From assembly GCA_018398765.1 (NCBI GenBank), contig JAHBMJ010000465.1, positions 1 through 46,888 on the forward strand: DNA of 46,888 bases, written 5' to 3'. Under the pieces are notes generated by a model. It worked only from the letters and a program-made list of their open reading frames with translations. It searched no databases and was not told the DNA's origin. Positions within the stretch are counted from its first letter, which is position 1; the number at the start of each line of letters is the position of its first letter. This document shows, piece after piece, positions 36,575 through 46,888 of this stretch. The DNA comes from Chromera velia (Eukaryota). The translations under genes and the position numbers were made by a program.

Positions 36575-37570
36575 ATATAGTATAGTGAAACATGCGTGCA
36601 TATGTTCTATCATAACCCCCAAACAACCACATATATGCACACATGTTTAGATTAATATATATAGATGAAATTTAATTAAATACGATATAAGATTTAGAAT
36701 GAAAATACATAGGTTTCTACACAGGTAATTGCCATGCAGCCCCCATACTACCCCACACTCAGGCTACGTGGTCTAAAGTTTTTACTTTCAATTAAAAAAT
36801 GCCAGTAATGAATTTACTACTACTAACGATGATAAATAATGATAATGATCATCAAATAATGAAGAAAGAATTGTTTTTTTATGTGAAGATTTTAAAAATC
36901 AAAGTGATCAACAAATGGTTTAATATTCATAACGCGGGCCAGTGGGGCCCCAAAATCATGCATCGATCAAGATCCTATGATCATCATAACAAAGTGTATG
37001 CCATTGCTCCAAAAATCCCATCATTGAAGCGTTCATTCATTTACTAAGTCAAATTTTGATCATCTCATTTTTCATTGAAACATTTATGAAATCGCACATT
37101 CATTTATGCATTTATTCATTCATTCATTCATTCATTCATTCGTTCGTTCATTCATTCATTCTCTTATTCATTAATTTATGCGTGCACTTATGCATGTGTG
37201 TATATACATCACTACTTCATACTTGTGTCCTGACTCGACTCCTTCACACAAATATCGCGGAAGCATCAGTGAGGGCGGAGATAAAGACAGGGGTTGACAG
37301 AGGACCAGCCAGGGAGGGAGAGAATCAATCAGGCCAATACATGGGCAAGCAAGGGAGTGAGCAGGAACAGCAGGCTCGGATCAAGAGGAGTCATTGACTA
37401 GATTCAGTGTGCATGGCTTTTGTGCATGTCTCTCTTGAGGGACTCTCTTTATCGACAGGCCGGAGGCGTCATTCCGTCCTTCTAGTGAGTAAGCCCGAAA
37501 TCGGCCATAAACCAGGCGGCCTTTCTCTGGCCATCATGAGACAGCGACTTGCTCACAATCAGTGGGTCAG

Positions 37571-40500
37571 TCAGTCCGAGTCTGATCCAGGATCTGGGTA
37601 TCCTAGAAGCAGATTGTCAAGCTGCTGGTCTGCATCTCGCCCGTTGTCTGTGGGGGGACGTGGGTTTTGTTCGTTCTCTGCTTCTGCTGTCTGACTGTCA
37701 GATGAGTCCGAGTCGTTATCTTCTTGCAGCACCAAGTTTGTCTCCCCCCTCTTCACCCTCTCCGTCTCTTCCTTCAAGCCCAGGGGACGGAAAGAACATG
37801 CCGCATCATACCAAAAGATGCCCAGACGACTACGCATGCCAAGGGAGACACCATCGGAAAGCTTTGGGGGCTCCTTGTCCTTCTCCCCTTCTTCATTTTT
37901 CTGCTGCTTTCCCTGATCTCTCTCCTGCTGAATAGGTGCCGTCTCTTCTTCCTTGGCGGTTTCGAAAACCGTTCTTTCTTCTTCCGCCTCTTTTGTATCC
38001 TCTTCATCTTCTTTTTCTTCGTCTTCTTCCTCATCCCTCTCTTCTTCCTCTCCCTCCATCTTGCTCCGCTTCTGCTTCTAGGTTCTGATCTGTCTTTCCC
38101 CCTCCCCCCTTTTCTGCCTCCTGACTCCCTCCCCCCCTCCCTTCCAACCCCTCCCAAGACTCTGAACATCTAGAGCCAGAGTCAGATCCTTCAAACGAAG
38201 AGGCAGACGAAGACGAAGAAGACGCCCCCTCCAAAGACTTGTCGGCCTCTTCTGCCGATTGCCTGCATATGTTCAGTCGTTGGATACACTCCATGCATTC
38301 AGGGCAAATGGCAAAAGGCAAGCAGGAGTCATGCGTTCTGCTCGGTAGAAAACACCACTTTGCTCTCCATAGCATTTAGAAAGAAAAACTTGAAAAGAAA
38401 AGAAGAAGCCAGTCGTAGCCTGTCCAATCCAGAGCAGTTCACTCACGCTCGCACGTTTCTCAATAAACAAGCGACTTTTCCTGGTTTAAAAACCAAGAAG
38501 CCTCTCCAAGTCTTCTGTTCTTGTTTTCTCTCTTTTTTGGCTCACCGGCGAGGAGCGGGCTGTACTTCATCTGCGTCGCTGACGTTGACTGCAAGCACAC
38601 AGGGAGGCAGGCAGGCAGACAGAAAAAAGATAATGGCTAGGGACCTCAGACCCTACTTAGTCTAAGAGCCCAGTGCATACCGGAACATTCAACTTCAAAC
38701 GACACATGTTGCACGAGTCTCAAAATCAAAACCAATATGTCATATGCAGTTGTCTGTCCATCACACATACCCCAAAATAAAAGGATAAGAAACGAAAAGA
38801 CAGCAACAGGCAGCCTTCGCAGAAAGCAAGGAAGATGGACAGAAATAGATTGAGCATAAAGCTGACCTGAGTAAACTTCGTCTCTGTCTTCTCTCACAAA
38901 CGGAGCAGGGAGAGCCCGTTCAAGCCAATCTTCCTCCTCCGACTCCATTCCCTCATCCCTTCCTCTTTCTCCCTCCCCCTTTTCTTCCTCCCCTTCACTT
39001 GCCCCAAACAAATCAAGGTCCACCTCCCCCTCCTCAGGAGCGCTCTCCTTCATTGAGGGGCTAGGGGCCAGAGGAAGCCAACACTCCAGGGCCAGGCCGT
39101 GGACGGAAGCGACCTAGAAGCGGTGTTTGATCGTTGGAACAACTGATAGCTGCACGGTTTAGGCATCCGCCTATTGGCTTTCTTTTATTCGCATAGACTC
39201 GGAGGCAGACAGGCACATAAGCAGGGGGGACAAAAAATCTTTTACTTTTTGTCATTTCTTTCAGTTTTGTTCAGAAAACATACTGGGGATGGACGGGGAC
39301 TGACAGTAAACCCATAGGGAGATTAATGGATCCAAAAGTATATCAGCTTCAGAGAAAAAGTGAAGAGTGAAACATGTTGACAAAGGCATACCCACATGCA
39401 TACGATAACACACATACACCCGCGCGTGCGCGTAGATACAAACACACACACACACACATACAAAGAGAGTCAGAGAGAGAGAGAGAGCGAAAGAAGAGAG
39501 ACCTTGAAGTCAGGGTTGCCTCCCAGGTGCATCACCCCAAAATGCTTGGAGAGAGGCAGTTCCACAAACGCATAGTCACAAAGACCTTGTTCGCCGCCTT
39601 TCTCGTCCATCCTTCTCCCTCTGCCTCTCGTCGATGGGCCCCTCTGACGACGGCTCTTGGGAAGGTGTGCGTCCTCAACAAATCTGCAGGTAGGCAGGCA
39701 GGCAAGAACATACATCGACCTTTTTGGTGGGCGCATGAATAATTTCGTCAAAGATGAAGCTGAAGGCAGTAAGTTGAATTGTTGAAAAATCTGGAGTCAA
39801 CAAAGACAAGCACGGCAACCCACCCACAGTACCCTTACACCCATCCTTACATTGTTGTTGGAAGAAGTCTGGTGGACCCCCACACCAACACACTAACCGG
39901 TACTTCGGCCGTACCCCCCTTTCCTTTGCTTTATCTCTCACCACCGTGAGAGCCGTATGGACCGCAGAACACCACACATTGACCTCGACATCCGACAGCT
40001 GAGAGACGAGGGAAACCGAGCTGCTGCTTCCTCCATCTCGTTTTTTCTTTTCGTCTTCTTCCTGTGCGCCCTCGCCGTCGAAATCCGGACCTAAAAGTGG
40101 CACGCCTGGTTTGTTGTAATGCAGATGGAGGGCCAGGATGGGGGGGTCTGTGGTAGCCTGAGCGACCCGATCCCGGATATACCGCACCCAACGAGCGACC
40201 ACCGCCATCGCTGCCTAGTCTAGAATCTTCTTCTTCGCTCTCATGAAGCAGAGATAGTGCTGCATTGAAACAGTAAGGGAAGGCAAGGGGAGAAGTCGAA
40301 AGGTCGATTCGGTACGAGATTCCTCTTTCATTTTCGTCATCCGTTTTGTAGTTCCGATGATGTAATTGGCTCGGCCAATATGCGGATAGTGTCTGACTAG
40401 CTGGCTGACTGACCCATAGAATAACGGTTGAGTGCATCTGTAGGAATGTGCGGAGGGCTCTGAGGACGTCGTCGAGGTTGGCAGTCGAGTCGAGGAGGAC

Positions 40501-43500
40501 GGCGTTCTGACCGAAAGAGAAGAAAGCGTCTCCCACCTGCACGCAGCCACACACACACACACACACACACATACACACATACACACACATATGCAGGGAG
40601 GTAGAATTCGGCAGCTGATGGAGTGACAAAGTGAAGAACGAAAGGAGTAAAGAGACGAAACAAAAAGCACTCAACCGACGAACCGAAAGAAAGGGGCAAA
40701 GGAGAAAAACGAATGAAATACGAAAGGGCAAGTGCAGATCTTTCCTTCCAATCTCATGTGACTGGGGTGTGCATATCCAATCAAACAGAGAGATCCATCA
40801 CCTTCCATTGGACTCCATTCAACTCCACTCACTTTCTTCAGCTGCGAAGGCCGCAGAGGGAACCCGCTCTTTCGTAACCTCTCCGGAACGACGCAACCGA
40901 AGAGACGCCCTGCGTTCCTCCCAGTCTCGAAGGAACTGCTCTCTTCAAGCGATGCCAAACCGAAAGCTGTTGAGGCGTTTCCGTCCTCATCATACATGGT
41001 TGAGCCCTCGATGTCCCTAGTTGTCTGCTTCTTGAAAGAAGCCAATCGCACCAAAGACTTGAAAAATGATGGTGAAGATGCTGGCGCGCCCCCTTTTTCT
41101 CATCTCTCTTCTCCCCCTTCCCCATCTAGAATTGAAGAGGCAGATGAACCCTTTCGCGGCGCTTCCAGATCTCTTCCTCCTTTTCCCTTCCCTCCCCAAA
41201 CCCCCTTCTTCCCCTTCTTGAGATCATTCCCTCCTCTTTCCGGGTCCATATCGATTCGGAATTCACCCGACCGATTGCCTCTCTCTCCCCTGCCAGACGT
41301 GGAGGAAGCTTCAGCCATGTACCCCGCCAATCGAGTTTTTGAATGCGTACTGGGGGACACCGCTTTTCCTTTCCCATTCCCTTTCTTGCTCTTCCCGCCC
41401 GCGTCCTTCCCTCCACGTTTACTTTTTCCTTGGGAGGGACGAGTGGGGCTGGGTGAGCGGTCGGCCCACATCGCTTCGTCTAGAAGAAGTCTTTGACCCT
41501 CGCGAACGAGCGGATCCCAACGTTCTCCTGCAATGTCAAACGCCGGCCTTCTTCATGGAGTCAATTCAGCTGTCCTATCAGATGGTGCGTCTTCCTCTTT
41601 GTCTTGCATCGTGCTGTTTCTTCTCTCCCTGATGAGACTGAGTCGTCTCTCTCGTGCACTTGCAGGCACACCTCTCTTTTTATCCGCCTGTGCCTACATG
41701 GGTCTTGCCACCTCTAGATCTTTGAGGAAGGGATGGTCGTCCTTTGCGTTGACGGGAGGCTTTAAAAGCCTCTGAGTGATCCACAAGAGCTCATCGAGAT
41801 CGTTCACACCCTCTGCAGACGCCGCAAGTTCCTCATCCTCCGCAAGTCTGCATAGAGAGGCTTAATCAGGAGGAACAGGGATAATGAGTGGGAAGCCAAA
41901 TATTGTCACCTTACAGTCATTCAATGGCACACAAGCAGGAGTTCTCTCTGATGAGGGAGCTGCTTAGAGTTCACACAAAAAGCTAAGAACAAAGAGAAGA
42001 ATGGACCATGTAGACAGACAGACCTCTGAGAGCAGATAACGGCCCATTGAAAGAGAAATTCGTCAAAACACTTGGGGGGTTGGAACTTCTTTAGTATCTC
42101 CGTCGAGTCCTCTCTCCACTTTTCTAAAGGACTCCGGTGGACTGTGCTTCTTGATGAGACGTTCAGGAGGGTGCGCCTGCTGGGTGACTTCACTACGGTA
42201 CTACTGAACGTCGGCATCTCTGCAACCCGGGCAAGCTGATTATGGAACGACGGCGGCGGGACGCTGGTCAAAGACGCCACCGTCTTCTGCCTGTCACTCA
42301 CAATTTCTGTGTCCCACTTCACAAGAATGTGAGAGACCACACTATCAATTTCGACCAACGTGTCCAACAAAGCCTCCTTTGACACCTTCTGCATCTCCTC
42401 AAATACCTTGCTGCAGCGAGCAAGAATGAACGAGGACAAACAGAGGGACGCCTCAGTAAGGGCACCCCCTGAGTCCCCATTCCCCTGTGCCTCCCCACTG
42501 TCAACCAGCCTCAGCGTGTCCTTGCTGACCGAGCTATCGATCATTTTCTATATCGGCCGAAGAACACACTTGAGCACAGGAAGGACCCACATGAATGGGA
42601 CCCGAACGATTGTGTCAGGCAGCACAGTTGCAGGGTCAGAGGCCTCGTCTACCTCCCGCACCAGCTGAGAGATGTCCGCTATGTAACCCGTCACGATGAC
42701 TCCGACGATTCTGATCAGATACGCCCCGTTGAGAGCGAGGATCACCGCGACTATGCCCAGGTTCTGGAGGGGCGTCATCGAACCCAAAGCAAGCATCTGC
42801 GATCAGAGGAGAGGAGAAGTTCGGGAATTAAGGGAGACGAAAATTCAGAAGAAATCTGAACGATCGATCAAATCTGGTGCAAAAATCAGAACGGATGGCT
42901 GCAGCATACAGCAACACTCAAATTGTTCTGTTGGATTGACTAAAGTGCCAAAATCACTTTGACGCGAGTACGGCAACAGCTTCTTTACCCATTTACCCAT
43001 GCACCGACCTGGAACAAGACGAGAGAGAAGAGCCAAGTCCCCAGACCCTGCGATTCCAGGCTGTTGAGAATGTCATTGTCCTGACTGTTGAAAGGGCTCT
43101 TCCTGCTCTGAACGATGAAAGACGCGATGGCGATCCATGTAGCCTGGGAGAGTCTCATGTTGCTATTCTCATCTGCATGCAGTGTGAGAAGGGGAAAAGA
43201 CAGATATTGTATCTAAAAAGCAAAATTAAATTACAAACTTTGCACTTCAATGTGTATACGAGATACTGGATCGCCTATTTCTTTACACAGGAACTTTCTG
43301 TCTCGTCTGGTGATCTTTGCACCCTTTTCCGTCTGACTGACCCAGGTAGAAAGCAAGGCACAGCTGCAGGAGGATTTTCCGAATGATGATTGTGAGCTCC
43401 CAAAATTCAAAGCCTGGGCGGAATCCCTGAATCAGGAATCCAAAACGCCGCCTAAAATTTGCACGGAGAGGTCTGTTGCTCTCCACCCTCAACCGTCTGA

Positions 43501-44265
43501 GCTCTGTCATCAAAGCAACGCCCATCAGCATCGGGATTACCACCCCAAGAAGGACCATGATGCCTGCCGCAATGCCGGACCACCTGATGTAGACCTCTGA
43601 CGTGCAGGTCACGGAGGGCGCGCTTTTAAGTCGGGTCTCCTCAAGGCCTTCCGCGAGAGGCTCGCACCTGCACAAGTCGTAGTCAGATTGGAAAAAAACA
43701 AAAAAGGCATTTGATTCTGTCTGGTTAGTCCAGATGCACTTAGCGGCGATTGAGGGAAATCACAGCAAAGTAACGTTAGGCGGGAGTACAAAGAAGTGAG
43801 TCTGGAAGCCGATGCTCTCTCCATGCAGCGACAGGAAAGCTGCAAACAAGTTCAGCGAGAGGTTCCATTAGAGGGCGGGTTCTGAGAAACAAATGCACAG
43901 GAGGGTCATGACCACAGAGCAGCCAAGAAGAAGGGACTGGTCAAGCAAATAGATTGGCAGAGAGACCAACAACTGACCGTAAAACCTCAAAGAGCTCCTC
44001 CAGAGAGCCCTCAAAGGTCAGGAAAAGGAGAACGATGTATCTGTAGACAGGCAGCCCATGGAAATAGCAGTTGGGAGTGTTCAGACTTCCTGGCTACCAT
44101 TCACTTTTCACGATACACACAGACTCCCTCACCTTAGAGTCATAGGCGGCTGTCAGCTCTGATCAACCTGAGACTTCCAGCTACTATCACTGAGTGTCTC
44201 TCCTCACACCCATGCCATGTGCCTGACTAAGATACGACCACAAACACAGATGCCGCGCCCTCAAA

Positions 44266-44305
<40 letters not shown>

Positions 44306-46307
44306 AATACGTGCGCGCACGCAGAACAAAAGATGGAAAGGGGAAAATATAGAGGACTAAACGCGGCGACTGATATAGAGACCATGTCCTCAAAAAGGCA
44401 TTTGAGGAGTCTGCGGAACTCTCGGGACCCTTTTAGCTGAGCCACGCGGGGAAGAAGCAGAAAGTCGTACCTGCATGCATACAGAGTGGTCAAGCGATAG
44501 ATCGATCAATTCATCGAGGAGGTCAAAACACAGCTAGAAGGGGAGAGACATACATGCAGTGAGTCACTGTGTGCTTTGATGTGAAACAGGAGTTCGCAAC
44601 GGATTAAGATGGAGTGAGGGTGAAAAAGAGACATCCCGATCGAAGTCCCACAAACAACTCTTCATTGGAGGACTGGATCGCAAGCAATACCCCATGCAGC
44701 TGAGCACTTTTAATTCTGACCGACCGACCTCCAGATCCCGAGGACCCGCTTATTCCACCTCCTCCAGATCTCTAGCCTGATCAGTTGTCTCTGCTGGGCT
44801 TCCGTCAGTCCACCTGCCCTCATTCTGTTCTCAAGTGCTAACTCCTGTTGTTTTCGCATCTCTGCCACTTCCCTCTCCCTCTGTCTCTCTTCCTTCGGTT
44901 GTCGAAGCTCCGGATCGTCCCAATGGAACTTCATAGTCCTCTTGGAAGGGGAACCCACGAGGGATGCACTCTGGCCGCCCTCTTCTCCCTCCTCCTCAAT
45001 CACCCCCGCAAACTCGATGGCGGGCTGACCGTACGAACATGCGCCCCACTGCTCAGTCTCTTCTTCATCAGTTGGACAGCCACTTGCTTCCCGAAGCTTT
45101 TGCTGCCATTTTCGCTGAGCAAAACGACTGTGTGGAAGTAGACGCACGCATAAAAAGCATAGCACAACAATCCATCCAGCTATCCATCCATCCATTTACG
45201 CATTCACGCACGCACGCACGCACACACACACACATACACACACACACACACATACACACACACACACACACAGTCATTCATTCAATCTCTCTCTCTCTCG
45301 CTCTCGCTCTTTCTGTTTCTTTCTTGCACACAGTCACAACCACAAAACCATAAAAACCCAGGGAATGAAGGAAGGAGAGAAAAGAATCGGAACACGTCCA
45401 TTCACCAGACAAAAATGGCAAGTTTCGTCTTATTCGTTTTCAATCAGTTCCTTTCACTCATTCGTTGTCTCACGGGGGCTGCCTGACCATTTCTCTAGAC
45501 AGATCTTTTCCATTCTTATCGCTTATTTCCCCAGTTCCTCTGACTGACTTGTATACATTCACTGCCACTGCACTAAAAACGATGGAGGCCCCAAGAAGAG
45601 TCAGGAAGAGCCCGGAGGCCACCATCTTCAGGGTGTTTCCGATCTTCAGGATGATGAAAGCTTCGTCTTGAGGGTATCTGGAGCAGAGATGAGAAAAAGG
45701 CAGAGAAAACAAGATCATTAGAGAAGCAGAAGACGGCACTCTTGGACGACTACAGACAGGATAGGCGAGGGCGAGGCCTCCAAAAAGAGTCGACGAAACT
45801 TCCGCAAAGCAGCTCTAAACTGCGGAAATGGATGATCAAACTGGAATCTCTGCACGCGCAAAAAGAAATGGGGCCCCGAATCTACTTCGCCAAGAAACAG
45901 GTGAATGAGTATAAATGAATATATGAGTTGGTTGCGGTGGGTCATTCTCGAGATCGGCAAAGTTCTCCTGAATGAAAAAGGAATCGGCCTTCTTGGCTGG
46001 CTGGCTGACCCTGCTGTGAGAAGTAAGGGTTCAAGGATGCACTCTGTAGAGAGGACGCCGTTGATCGAGGGGACCCCTGGGATCATTTCATTGAAGACTT
46101 AGTCCGGTAGGCCCTCTGGCATGTCTGCTCCCGACACTTCCATCAGTCCGATGAACCCCAGCAGAGAAAGAAAATTCAGCAGGACACCTGCATGCACACT
46201 TATTCACTCATTTGCTTGCACACACGGACAGACAGACAGACACACACACACACACACATACACATACACACGCACATACACACGCATACATACGCACATA
46301 CAGACGC

Positions 46308-46346
<39 letters not shown>

Positions 46347-46349
46347 CAT

Positions 46350-46436
<87 letters not shown>

Positions 46437-46717
46437 TGTACGCATACACGCAAAGGCAGACAGAGGCGCAGATAGACAGAGAGAATCTCAAAGTGAAGTC
46501 ACCAGGGTCTTCCTGAAAAGCTGAACGGGAAAAAAGGAACTTTAATCGATCGAGCCACGACGGAAGTCTCGGAATATACATCTGAGGAGTCCATGACATC
46601 TTCAACTAATGTATGTCAGGGCCTGCATGAACACGACTGACGGATTGCGACCACGTGCGTCTTCTCGTCCTCCTCCGACGGCATGGAGTTCAGAGCCGTG
46701 TAGAAGATCACCATCGC
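37571..46717 (-). pseudogene. Multi-pass membrane protein gene (TRP-C/PKD2-like protist family), 5' end beyond the window, with 7 in-frame stops
   Basis: Sixteen phase-compatible exons: 46717-46642, 46187-46010, 45677-45549, 45127-44729, 44470-44375, 44040-43978, 43667-43342, 43172-43009, 42796-42024, 41847-40833, 40536-40414, 40259-39898, 39683-39503, 39149-38867, 38588-38546, 38262-37571. Family motifs: RVLLNFL, LSTECIL, FEVLRC, SVTC, RFGFLIQGFRPGFEFWELTIIIRKILL, SPF...ILNSLE. Stops at 46099 (TAA), 42548, 41694, 40215, 39114 (TAG), 41553, 41100 (TGA). One frameshift at ~38060-38140. Confidence 0.8.
46225..46450. repeat. Long intronic (CA)n / (CATA) microsatellite
   Basis: Directly visible. 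Confidence 0.95.
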
Positions 46718-46888
46718 CTGCAGAAGTGGTGAGTGCAGGACAGGAGATTTCTTTTGGACTGTTTGAGGAGAAACAGGTGTGAGAGAAACTGGCGAAGGAA
46801 ATGGAGACATGCAGGGGAATGAAAAGAGGGGCAGGAAACTTCGTAGCTCAGGGAGTACGGCAGTCTCACATGCAGTGACGTTGGCCGC

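Noticed and set aside
46121..46605. HT/CV-repeat ORFs and a possible extra exon (SWTPQMYIPRLPSWL)
   Set aside because: (CA)n artefacts. Exons ending at 46642 and starting at 46187 already join in phase to give the family motif VAIRVLLNFL.
37571..46717. Genome-wide stop-codon reassignment (ciliate- or Amoebophrya-type code)
   Set aside because: The neighbouring ~2760-codon gene has no in-frame stops and uses CAG/CAA/TGG normally. The repeat at 1314 shows a TAG derived from CAG.

Overview
Eukaryotic nuclear DNA, intron-rich, with microsatellite-filled introns, GTNNG donors (often GTCAG) and short AT-rich spacers. The style resembles a chromerid alveolate such as Chromera, but that is inference only. 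There are four main parts. (1) 1-3840 (-): an intronless, repeat-rich long ORF broken by 7 stops and 2 duplication-caused frameshifts. It carries a CXC-like Cys cluster and runs off the left edge; possibly the 5' part of a decayed retroelement. (2) ~4.7-11.3 kb: decayed coding relics plus one candidate 63-aa single-TM protein. (3) 12442-~35735 (-): an intact gene of ~52 exons and ~2760 aa, reconstructed by hand with all splice phases consistent. Architecture: degenerate EF-hand pair, ~66 tandem TRAF-type CCHC zinc fingers with a 4-finger higher-order repeat, an IPT/TIG domain and a PH-like domain. (4) 37571->46888 (-): a TRP-C-like multi-pass membrane gene of at least 16 exons. Its exon phases are preserved, yet it has 7 in-frame stops, a probable GT->AT donor and one frameshift. 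The window-wide signal is that the point lesions all fit C:G->T:A transitions, mostly CpA->TpA. This suggests a RIP-like hypermutation process in a non-fungal eukaryote, or A-to-I rescue for gene 4. All gene models and counts were read manually; no database searches were run.
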